A DNA stretch of 64,000 nucleotides from Mobula hypostoma. Taxonomy: Eukaryota. Where the stretch lies: NCBI RefSeq assembly GCF_963921235.1, contig NC_086097.1:209500001-209564000 (forward strand), written 5' to 3'. The translations under genes were made by a program, and so were the position numbers. The notes beneath the pieces are model-generated. The model made no database searches. It worked only from the letters and a program-made list of their open reading frames with translations, and was not told where the DNA came from. Of this stretch, positions 38,490 to 50,166 are shown in pieces. Within the stretch, counting starts at the first letter, position 1; the number at the start of each line of letters is the position of its first letter.

Positions 38490-39609
38490 AAAAGGGCTCT
38501 ACAATGGATAGTTAATACTGCGCAACACATCACCAATGCCAGTCGCCCTGCCATCAAGGAGATATGTAGAGAAAGGAGCTGTGAAAAGGCCAGCAACATC
38601 ATGAAGGATCCCACCCACCCTGCTTACCTGTCCTGCTGAAGGGTCTCAGCCCGAGAAGTTGACTGTATACTTTTCCATAGACGCTGCCTGGCCTGCTGAG
38701 TTAGAACATAGACCACAGAACAGAGGCATCTGCAGCACGTTACAGGCCCTTCGGCCCACAAAGTTGTGCCGACCATGTAACTTACACTAGAAACTGTCTT
38801 GAATTTCCCTACCTCATAGCCCTATTTTCTAAGCTCCGTGTACCTATCTAAGAGTCTCTTAAAAGACCCTATTGTATCTGCCCCTACCACCATCACCGGC
38901 AGTGCATTCCACACAGACTCTGTGTCAAAAATCCTCCAGCATTTTGTGTGTGTTGCTCGGATTTCCAGCATCTGCAGATATGTTTGTGATTAGTTTCCCC
39001 TGGTTGTCCCACTCCCATCAGGGATGAGGCTACACAGCATCCACAACAGGACCAATCGACTCAAAACCAGCTACCTCTCCCAAGCTGTCAGGCTGATCAA
39101 CACCTCCTCCCACACCACAACCCCCCACCACCACCACTACCTGCACATCAACTACTGCTCTCCTTAGCCTCTTGGCACCCTTTATCCCCCTCTCACTTTA
39201 CACTTACACTCCACACCTCATCCCTACACTGCCAGTCACCGTCCTACTGTGTGTTCATGTGCCCTGCTGCCATCTAGAAGAATTCCTCTTGCTAAGAGAC
39301 ACTTTGTCACCTTATCGTCGCCTGCCAGTCACCATATGTACAGATACTCCTGTGCCTAGTGTCACTTTTTGTATCTGCTATCATCTATGCACCTAAGCTA
39401 ATCTTCTACATATATGGCCACACAGTTACTTGTACATTTCATTTTATAGGATTGCTTTTATACATATAATTATTGTGTTCATTATTTTTATTGTGCTTTT
39501 TAGGTTTTTACCGTGTTTATTTTAATGCTGCATGATTCGGAATAACAATGATTTTGTTCTCTATTACACTGGTCTACTGAAGAATGGTGAGAAACAATCT
39601 TGAATCTTG
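38490..39609 (+). mobile_element. Rex1 3' fragment containing a PLE end (about 38628-38988) that itself contains a minus-strand CR1 tail (about 38702-38930)
   Basis: Each host sequence resumes in register after the insert; Rex1 tail aaacaatcttgaatcttg. Confidence 0.8.
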
Positions 39610-40560
39610 GAGAAACAGCAGCAGGCTAGGCCAACCAGTCTCTTGATTTTGCTTCTCCATTCATTGTCATAGCTGATTTTTTGTTTATCTCAGCACCATG
39701 CGACCTCCCACCTTCCTTGTTTCCTCAAACATCAGTTGCAATTTGGAACACAACTAATGACTGATCCTTCACAGGCCTCCAACGTAGAGAATTCTACAGT
39801 CACCGTCCTTTATCCTTATGTCAACTCTAAACGACCCACCCTTTATTTTGACACAGCGACCCTTTAATTATTTTTCTTTCTGATAATAATGTGAAAAATG
39901 TGCACCTAATACTTTTTAGAAGGAAGAGGAGATCGAATTGGGGCAGTAGCAATCTGCCATTGACACAAGATTCTGGCAGGCTGGTTTGTAGGACAGGTGC
40001 CCATCTGGTTTTCCGTTTCTAGTGCGTGACCGCAGCTTGCTCTACTGCGTCACTTGTTTCAGGCTTTCCTTTCTGCTCGTTCATCTTCCATCTAGCGCCT
40101 TCTGATATTCTCTCATTTGGTGTCTCATGTCTTGTTTGGCTTCCTATTGCTTCAGGAAAATTTCACTTCTGCCGTCATTACGCTCTTACGTTCACAACTT
40201 AAGCTGTTCGCAGTTCGTTTTATTTCATTTCCTGAATTTAGCCCGGGTTTTCCCTTTACCTTTTCTTAAAAATATTGTTTCTCCGTAATATTCTCAGTTC
40301 TCATAACGGGTCCACACCCAAGACTTGCTCATTTGTTCTCTCCACAGTTGTTGGGCTATCTGCTTACTCGCTCCAGTTTTCCCTTCAGGTTTGTTTTCAG
40401 ATTTTGGCGTTTCCATTATGTTTGACTCGTCATAAACTTGTATAATTGTGTATAATCAATTTAAAGGGATTGAGTATCAAGGTCTAAAGATCAAAATAGA
40501 GATAAATGTATGGCCGTAAGAAATCTCTCGAGCATGCTTAAAATCAGGTATTATCTATGC

Positions 40561-40576
40561 TAGCGACATCTATTGG
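40561..40576 (-). promoter_or_regulatory. Candidate CTCF site
   Basis: Minus strand reads CCAATAGATGTCGCTA, close to the CTCF core consensus. Confidence 0.5.
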
Positions 40577-40949
40577 GAGAATATCAAGGCTTAACAATAT
40601 TTTTTTACTGGTAACCTTCCTAAATTGCACCAGCCCATATTTATTCCACAATGTTATCTTACCTGTCATGCCAATTATTATTTTATTGTGATACTAATGA
40701 ACAATTTGCTTCCTCTGTTATATTGCCTAACTTTTGGCGATTGTTAAATTAATAAACTAGGCGTGAAAGAACTAATACGCCCTATGGGGAAAGTTACCTC
40801 GGGATCAAGAGTGCAGCAGATGTTTTAACCAGCCCCCAGGAAAAAGGATGCACTCAGATCAAAAGTGCAGAACGTGCGTTTGGAAAATATTGTAGGAGGA
40901 TGATGATAATTAGAGTTACAATCGTGCTCTGGAGTAACATTAATTCTGA

Positions 40950-41268
40950 AAGAAAGAAAATGTTGCAATTGATCAGTCAGCCAGCACGTGTGGCGGGAGC
41001 ATGGAAGGTGGGAGATCCACCTTCAGAGCCAAAGTTTGAGCGAATGCCCACTGAGCGCGAGTCATTCGAGTCCCTTTATTCTTCCAAATGGGCAGATCTC
41101 TCCATCAATAAAGAGATAGCGGAAGTTTAGCGGTGGATAACGAGCCTCACACACCGGAAGTGGAGGTCGCCCTATTCATTGGCAGTAGAGAGGGAGAGGG
41201 AGAGAGAGAAAGAGGTGAGCGGGAAGGAGAGCGAGAAGGGGGTGTGGAGAGAAGGAAGAGCGAGGCTG
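40950..41268 (+). promoter_or_regulatory. XKR4 proximal promoter / 5' UTR within a CpG-rich region
   Basis: CpG visibly enriched from about 40000 to 43000 relative to the CpG-poor background; ETS motifs CGGAAGT (41120-41126) and ACCGGAAGTG (41153-41162), reverse CCAAT (41178-41182), GA-rich tract before the ATG. Confidence 0.6.
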
Positions 41269-41924
41269 ATGGCTGCCAAGTCGGACGGGCTGTTAAAGAT
41301 GATGAAGAAGAGCGACGTGGCTTTTACTCCCCTGCAGAATTCCGAGCATACCAACTCCGGGCAGCGGCAAGAGCACGGGCAGGAACAGCGGGAGGAGGAG
41401 GAGCAGGAGCGGGGCAGCCCCGAGCCCGACTCGGCAGCGCTGCCCTCCCGGTGCTGCACCGGGCTGTGCCGGGGTCGCTGCCTCCGCTTCGCCCAGCACC
41501 AAAGGTACACGCTGTGGGACGGCCTGTGGATCGTGGCCGCTGTCACGGTGTATTTCTCGGACGTTGGCACGGACGTGTGGCTGGCCGTGGACTATTACCT
41601 GCATTCCCGTTACTGGTGGTTCGCATTGACTCTCTTCTTCGTGGTGCTGGGCTCGCTGGTCGTCCAGGTCTTCAGTTTCAGGTGGTTCATCCACGACTTC
41701 AGCGCCGACAGCGGGGCCGGCGTCCACACCGGCAGCCCGGTGGACGGCAAGGTGCTGAGCTGCGCCGGTGGGGTGGGCGAGACCGATGCTCGATCCCCAC
41801 AGAGGCAGTCTCCGAGCACCAGGACTACTAACACTAGCAAAGGCAGCAAAGCATCCTCGTGTTCCTTCTGCATCTGGTTTCTACAGTCAGTCATCCACAT
41901 CCTTCAGCTGGGACAGCTCTGGAG
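41269..41924 (+). CDS. XKR4: XK-related protein 4 (scramblase family), coding exon 1
   Basis: [25 protein letters not shown] start, [35 protein letters not shown] and [23 protein letters not shown] all match XKR4 as recalled; AG|gtaact phase 2 donor at the conserved position. Confidence 0.95.
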
Positions 41925-44565
41925 GTAACTTGCATTCAGTACGTTGTAGATGTGGGAAAGGTAAAGCACCTTCAATAAAACAAATGGAAATCTACTTCAG
42001 TAATTGCGGTTCAGACCCTTGGACCACACATGTCCCGATACTAGTTCTGTTCGTATGCCAGAGTCTGGGTAACATATTCCTGCAAATGCAGCAATGTTCG
42101 GATGCTAATTGTAAGTGGTAGGCGTGCACTATTTAAGCATGAAGTCGGTGTGTATAAATACGTATTTGAAATGAGGTGGTTGGCGACAAGTGCAGCTCTT
42201 CTGATTCCTGCATTGGTTTGTATGGTGTAATTCTGCAGCATCTTAAAAATGTTGTCATGCCTGCAACCCGATAAATTCAGATGTTACGTTCGGTCTGTTC
42301 TCTGAAATATGCAGACAGTCCATTTTAAAACACGCCTCTTGCCAGTGTAGATTTTTCAGACCCATCATTGTTAAGCTGATAGTTTTGAGAGGTTAATAAT
42401 AAATGTGGATGTCATTGCAGTAATAGTTATTATAAATATTTGTCATAGTAATTGGTGGCTGAATGAAGAGTGCATCAAGAATACACAACCTCTTAAGGAA
42501 AAAGCTATTTTTGTGCAGACAGTATATCTGACAAGAACTATACTTTAAAATGTTATGCAGTCAAGACGCTGAGCTCACTGTTCAACATGCAGACAACCAA
42601 TTTTATACACCCTTTTTAAAATATATACAAAAACTGAAGTTGGGAGATAGCATCGTCGTTCTAAACGGGCCGGTGCGTGGCTTCCACTTTAACTGTGGCG
42701 CCTCTTATAATGAAAACAGCTCCCCTATAATTTGTAAAACTGTTTCTTTGTTTATTGTTGTTGGATACTTCAATTCGTTTGCAGTCAACCAGTAATTTTG
42801 TGATTATACTCTGTGTTAGATTATGCATTGCATTTCGTGAGTATAGGACTTCAGCGAAAACAAATCAGCGCACTGTTTGTGCTACAGTTTTGAAAATAGC
42901 CGGCGCGCTGCTCGACGTTTCTTTGGGAAAAGGAAAGATCAACGTGTTTAGTTAAAATTATCTTACCGAGATGGTTTTATTTATTAAGTTGTCTGTGGGA
43001 TGGACAAAGATCTTTATTGAGGCGTTGACAGTCGGCAGATCAGTTAAGGACTGATCGTTCAAACTGTTGAGTAAGACCAGAGTTTGATGGTATTGTGGTG
43101 GAGCTAACGTGCAAGCTTTAGAAGAACATACCTCTTTAAATGATTAATGTTGACAGCTGCTTCTGATCTCCAATCAGCATATTCGGCGGACTCTTAAACA
43201 TTACCAAAAATCATTGAAAGTAGTGCCAGAAAATAGAGAAAACCGTCTGAAGATTGAACCTTTCTGATTTTCATGAAGGAATTGAATGTGCATTTTGCCT
43301 CTGCACCGATTGCAGATTTGAGATTAAACAGCAAAAGTAGTCTAAAGGCACCTACTAACTGTAGAAATAAGTCAGACTGTTTAAATTAATTTGCCACGTG
43401 TCCTCTCCGTGATAAGCTACAACTCTGTATGTGACCTCATTATTTTTTCTGTAAAATTTTGGACTTGTGGAAACAAAGACTGTGAATATATGGTGTACAC
43501 TAATGTACAGTAAGAATCTGTTCTAATTTAGCAGATCGGAAGCTGAAATTTAGTGCGAGTGTAATTTGGCTTTGAATGGTGGTAAATAAAAAAAAGTAAG
43601 ACAGATAATGACAATTCTGAAATGAGCTGAAGATATAATTGGCAGCTCAATACATCACCTTTACCCTTTCATAAGTTTGAAAGAGCAGGTTCATAACTGA
43701 TTTGTGGCGTGAACTAATTTCACAAGTGAAAGCACATTTGCAAGGCACAGCTGCTCGATTTTGTATTCTAGCTGTTCAATAGCCATTACTCAGGTTGTGT
43801 GTGAAACTGATTTTTCACATCATGGACCATTAGGGTATAATTGTACTGTGTGATGTAATTGTTGTCTACCAGTTATGACATGATCCACAGTTCTGTGGCA
43901 CTGTTGATCAGCTGAGAAGTGGAACATAATTTATCACTTGACTGGTGATACATTACAAAACCTCATGCCATAATCACAAATGTACTTCAGTTTCAAAGCC
44001 AGCTTTTTCATGCATTAGAAAATGTATGGATATATTTCTAAATGCATAAAAGAGTAACAAATACAATCTGCTAAACTTTGATCAGGAATAATGATATCAG
44101 TGCTAAGTCAACAAGCATGGGAAATCTACTCTTTGATTTTATAATACTTGGTTCACTTTTGATAGGCAGATGTCCCAAAAAATCCATATATTTTTGTGTG
44201 CAATTGTATACTGGCAAAGAAACTAGAAACCCTCTGTACAGCTGCGGTATAGGATCATAGAATGCAGAACAAACTAACTTGCACATTAATCACTTATACA
44301 TAAAAGCAGTTCCACTGAGTAATTCCCTCTGCCACAAAAAAAAATTATGCTCATCTGGCCTAGTTTTAATACCTGGGGGATTTGGTCAATCTATAGAAAA
44401 TTATGGATGAAATATTTTTAAGCAGCTTGGGCAGTTTTGTAGGTAAATGTTTCAGTGAACTAAAAGTTTAAGTTAAATGATGAACTGAAAGGCTTGTGGT
44501 TCAGCAAGTTTGAACAGTTTGTGAGCAAATAAATTTTAAACTTAAGAACCTTTTATTGTTATTTC

Positions 44566-44870
44566 AGGCATCCGTTGGTCATGCAAGACCATGGATCTGC
44601 GCCTGGAAAGTCTTCACTCTCCAGGGCACAGGCCCGGGCAAGGTTGTATGGAAGACGAGCAATTGCCCATGCTGCAAGTCTCCCCTCTCCATGACACCAA
44701 TGTTGTCCAAGGGGAGGGCATTAGGACCCATACAGCTTGGCACCAGTGTCGTCGCAGAGCAATGTGTGATTAAGTGCCTTGCTCAAGGACACAACATGTT
44801 GCCTTGGCTGGGGCTCAAACTCACGACCTTCAGGTAGCTAGTCCAATGCCTTAACCACTTGGCCACGTGC
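44566..44870 (-). mobile_element. tRNA-derived CORE-type SINE
   Basis: Minus strand: A box tggccaagtgg, B-box-like agtttgagccc, CORE-like gtgtccttgagcaaggcacttaa. Confidence 0.8.
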
Positions 44871-45359
44871 TCACACATTGTACTTTAATAAGTTATTGAA
44901 CCAGAATATTTTTATATAGTTAACAATTACTCCCATGATTTTGAATCAGTGCTTTAGCAATCAATTAATTATGTAAAATAACTTCTCATTTTACATGTCC
45001 ATATTGATTTGTTAATTAGAGTTATACAAAACCACAGTAGCAAAAACCTGAAATAGAAACTACTGAAAACATTCAACAAACTAGGTAGCAGGTGTGGAGT
45101 GAAAAATAGACTTTCAGGTCATTTGAGTGGCTAAGTATTGCTAGCATTTTCTGTTTTGATTTTTAAGAAAGCATTTTTTTTTTTTTGGCAGGTATCCTGT
45201 AGAGATTTTACCAATGTTATTGTTACTGTCAGTTTGTTAGTGTTCTGTTTTACCTATACAGTATTTGGGAATATGAACTTCATAAATATAACCTTTCTTT
45301 GTGCTCAGTACCTAAATATTGCTTAATTTATTGGCTGATAGTTTGTGTTTAAAAGGGAC

Positions 45360-46650
45360 TAAATTGGTAAATTAATTTATTGTCACGTACTGAAATGCAG
45401 TGGAAAGTCTTGCGTAACATGCGACAGATCGTTGCACCACAATAATGCATTGAGATAGTATGAGGTAGGACATTAACCGAATGCAGAGCAAAGCATTACA
45501 GTTACAGAGAAAGTGCTATGTAGGCAGACAATAAGGTGCAAGAAAATAAGGAGATGGACTGTGAGGTCAAGAGTCCATCCTTATCACACTAAGATGCTGT
45601 TTAATTGGCTTGTAACAGCAAGTTAGACACTGTCCTTCAGTCTGGTGGTGCATACTTTCAGGCTTTTGTCTCTTCTGCCTAATGTGAAGCATGAAAACAG
45701 AGAACTGCTGGGGGGGGCGGTTGCGGGGTAGGGGCTTTGATTATGTCAGCTGCTTTACCTAGGCAGTGCAAAGTTTTGACAGAGCCCGTGGAGAGGAGGC
45801 TGGTTTATGTAACCTGCTGAGCTACATTATGTCTACAACTTCCTAGAGTTGCTTGTGGTCACAGGCAGAGCAGTTGCCATACCAGCCTGTAATGCATACG
45901 GATAGGATGCTTTCTGTGGTGCATTGATTAAAATTTGGTGAGGGTCAAAGGGGACATGACAAATTCCTTTAGCCTCCTGAGGAAGTAGATGTGCTAATGA
46001 AGTTTCTTGGCTGTGGCTACTGTGTGGTTGGACCAGGACAGGTGGTTAGTGTTGTTCGTTCCCAGTACTTAAAGCTTTTAATTTTGTCTACCTGAGTATC
46101 ATTTACATAAACAGGAATATGTGCACCGCCACCCCTCCTTCCTGAAGTTATTGACCAATACCTTTGTTTTACTGATATTGAGGAAAAGGTTGTTGTCATG
46201 ACACCATATGATATGTTCTCTGTCTCTTTCCTCCACTCCAATGCATTGTTATTTGAAATATGGCCCACTGTGATGATAGATGAAAATGGAGATAAATTTG
46301 TAGACGGAGTTAGAGCAGATTATAGTGACATAGTTGTGAGTGTACAGGGAATAGAGTAGGGGAGGTGAGGACACAGCCTTGTGGGTCACCCATGTTGAGA
46401 GTAATTGTGACGGAGTTGTTGATGTCTGGCCTTACTGATTGTGGTCTGTTGGTCAGGAAGTCAAGGATCCAGATGCAAAGGGAGGTGTTGAGTCTCAGGT
46501 CAGGGTGTTTAGAGATGAATTTGGTTGGAATTATAGTACTGAAGGCAGAGCTGAGTCTGTAAGTAATAGCCTAACATGGGTGTCTTTACTCTCCAGATGC
46601 TCCAGAGATAGCCAAGGAGATGATGTCTATTTAGATCTATTTCAGCAGTA
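45360..46650 (-). mobile_element. Degraded Rex1/Babar LINE
   Basis: Reverse tail attggtaaattaatttattgtcac; minus-strand RT remnants (VYVNDTQVDKIKSFKY). Confidence 0.75.
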
Positions 46651-48629
46651 GACCTACTCCTAAGATCAGCAATTTTTCACATGAATCATACATTTTTAAA
46701 TTTTCATGGGATGTGTTATTGTCTAACTTTATCTTTAGCATTAGAGATGATAGAATAATAGTGAGGAAATAAGCAACTCCGTCCTATTCATCCACACTGA
46801 CTTGTGAGCACTCACCACACATTATTTGGTCTTCTTTGCCCAAGTGATTCATGTGTTCATCTCTAGACACTTCTTAAAAGGGGTAAGTGACCCTGCTTCA
46901 ACCTCTCTCTCTTTTAGGAACTTAAGCTGGGTGAAGTTCTCCTAATATCGCTTCTTAATTTCTTCCCCTTTACCCGAAGCCTATGTGCTGTCATTTTATC
47001 TGGTAGTATTACTTATCTTTCCCAGCAATAAGCTCATAAATGCATTCCTACTTTTGTATTGTATATGATTTTCTATGTTAGCTACTTACTTGTACCTTGT
47101 TCCATCTTCTCTTTATGTTCTGTTAGTTAAATGCAACTGATCACTTTTTATTAAAGTGTCATATTTGCCTTTTTTTTCTGGTAAGCTGGAGAAACATTTT
47201 TCCAGGTGATTGTACAATATAAGCTGCAAAGTGACTTTTGTGTCCTATATGTAGACAAATAAACAGCATTAAAAAAAACTTTCTTTTGATTGTAACATTT
47301 TCTCATAAACTGGTGGGTGAAGCAATTGATATTGTTGCCTGTTTGGTAAATTTGAATAGTAGTAGATCATATAATAAAAAGGTTGAGATTTTATGACATT
47401 GCACATAGGATAATAGATAATGCAAAGAAATTAAATTTTGTGTTCGAAACCGTAATATGTCAACCTGTTCCAGAAAGCATTTAATTAAATAAGTCTTTAC
47501 TGATCATCAAAATGAATTCCAAATTTAGAATTAAAACTGAATAAAGTGGACTCTGTGAAAATGTGTAAATGAAATTTGGAAATTACATTTTCACAGCAAG
47601 GTGGTGAAGGGGAAGTATGAAATATGCACATTAGTTTGCATATTTTACAAGTTCTCAGTTAGTTGGAGAGATGGTTCATTTGCAATAACAAAGAGAGATC
47701 TAAAAGCACAGGGGAATTGGTTCAATAATTGAACCCCTCATCAATTTGATGGAAGTTATTTGAGAAACTGAGCCTAAATAACAAAATCACTTTCCTTAAC
47801 ATTGGGTGAATTACATAATATGTTTAAACAATTAAGCAATAGAGAGGAACGTTTTGCTAGCTAAAAGTCAGAGCTAACAAATTGATAACATACAATCTAG
47901 TGTTTCATCTGTTGTAAAAGATTGATTTAAATTCCAGCCCCAGCCGACCTTTGCATTCTGAGCAGAGGACCAGTTCCTGGCCAAATGCAGTGAAGTTTTC
48001 AACATGAATTAGATCACTTTTTGTGGTTAATTTGGGCACCTAGTCAAGGTGGTTAGTATTGAATCACCTATAGATTTAAGTAATTACTCTTTATCTTCTC
48101 TTTTAATTATTCATTTACAGCATTGTAGATGGCAGCCAACTCCTGCCATTATTTTAATTTTGGACTTTAGGAAAGAGCAACATCAGAGAGCAACCATTTT
48201 AAAAAAAAAGCCTGTAATAATGGTGGTTCTGCATCACCCAGTAAACACCTTAAAATGTTACAACCTGTGCACTGTTCAGCACTTTAACTGTGGATTGACT
48301 TAGTTGGAGGAAGTAAGGAATGGGAATAGAACAGATCATTTTATTTACAAGTCTTTTAAATTATGGTAGCAGAGGAAAAGATAGAAATGACCTAGGCGCA
48401 TCAAGGATGATTACTAAACATGAATTTGCCCAAGCATAGGAAATATTCACACAAAAGGGTAACATGCTTTGTACACATTGTGACAAGATGCTGCAAGATG
48501 ATATCCAAGTTGAAGATACATGTGAGGGAAGTTTGTGTTTGCTACAGTCAATTCATTGAATCTGAGCCTGACTGAAATTTAGTTCACATTTTTATTTATG
48601 GCAGGGTGTAAATGATGGTACATCAGTAG

Positions 48630-49380
48630 TGTCATAGAGCTCACACATGGAAATGGGTCGTTTGGCCCAACTCATTCACACCAGCTGTGCAACCTACTGG
48701 GCTAGTCCCATCTGCCCCCCTTTGTCTGATATTCCCCTAAACCTTTCCCATGCATGTAGTTATCTGGATGGCACTTAAGCATTGCTAATATGTGCCTGTC
48801 TCAACCATTATGTTTTTGTTAATTCATTCCAAATACACAATCTTTTGCATGAAGAAGCTGCAACTGATGAGCCTTTTAAAACCCTTTCGTATGACCTTAA
48901 ACCTATGCTGCCTTGTTTTTAGTAGTTCCTCCCTGGGGAAGAAGACTTTGCTTTCACCCTGTCTGTGTTTCTCATTATTTTATATACCTCTATCTGGTCA
49001 CTCCTTAATCTCCTATATTCCACAGAATAAAGTCCTAATCTGTGTAGCCTCCAAGTCAACAACATCCTAGTAAATCTTTTCTGCACTCTTTCTAATTTAA
49101 TAACATTTTTCCTATAAGAGGGTGACCAAAACTGTATACACTCCAAGAGAAGCCTCACCAACATCGTATATACTCAGTGCTCTGATTGAAGGCCAGCATG
49201 CGTAATGCCTTCTTCACACCCCAGCTACCTGAGATGCTGCTTTCCGTGAACTATGCCCTTGCATTCATACTTGTTTCTATTCCAAAACACTTCCCAGGGT
49301 CCTATCATTATTGTATAAGTCTCACCCTGGTTTGAGCTTCCAAACTGTAATATCTCACACTTATCTGGATTAATTATTTG
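48630..49380 (-). mobile_element. Old CR1 3' fragment
   Basis: Minus-strand peptide LVRLLLECIQFWSPSYRKNVIKLERVQKRFTRML. Confidence 0.8.
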
Positions 49381-50166
49381 CATTCTGAAGGTTTGCAGAT
49401 ACCAGTTATGATGCCCAAATCAGTTTGTGTGCTTCTTAACAGCTGGAAATTGTTCACCAACTATCGAAATAACAAGAGATGTCAACAGGGTTGATAGAGA
49501 GAAATTGTTCCCATTGGTGGAAGGGTCAAGAAACCTGGTAGGAAGATTCACGGTGATTTGCAAAAGAATCAAAGTGGCATGAGAAAATACTTTTTTTTTA
49601 TATACTGCAGGTAGTTAGCCTCTAGAATGTATTGCCTGTCACTGTGGTGGAGGATTATTCAATTGTGACTTTTAAATTGCATCAGTACTTCACAGAATAA
49701 AATATTGCAGAACTACAGGGAAAAGATGGGAGGATGAGGCCAGCTATAATGCTATCATAGTGACACCCTTCTTTTCTCTCAATCATTTTTGAAGTATTTC
49801 ATGTTTCACTTTATCAAATCTGGTAATGTATAGACTGTTATGAATTTTTGCTTCTCTTGGCAATATTGCATCTCTTGCAATACATATTATTCTTTTCTCT
49901 GCGGCAGAATCTTCTAATGTACCAGGATTGGAACCGTATGCAACAGATGGAAAGGCTTTCTTTTTACAAGATGTCATAGGTTGGAAAATTGTACAGAGCC
50001 AAGGGGTGCAAAATATTTTTGGGATTTCAGTGTCTCAGAGTTATGTTTTTACAATGATATCCCCTTTTGATATAGTTAGGTAGGGCCTGTTACCTTGCTA
50101 TACCTCTAAACTACAATTCCAATTTGAAGCAAAGTAGATGTCACTAAAACAATGTAAGGCTCTTCA

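Noticed and set aside
41133..41900. Overlapping ORFs 41133-41831 (+), 41172-41570, 41293-41727 and 41610-41900 (-), and the 30-aa extension from TTG at 41179
   Set aside because: Shadow frames of GC-rich XKR4 exon 1. The conserved start is the ATG at 41269 and the extension is a GA-rich UTR tract.
31400..44870. tRNA-like A/B boxes near 31400-31477 and 44800-44870
   Set aside because: They are SINE heads attached to V or CORE domains, not complete tRNA cloverleaves.
49780..50090. Open frames and an acceptor-like site near 49900
   Set aside because: No recognisable homology or supported exon structure.
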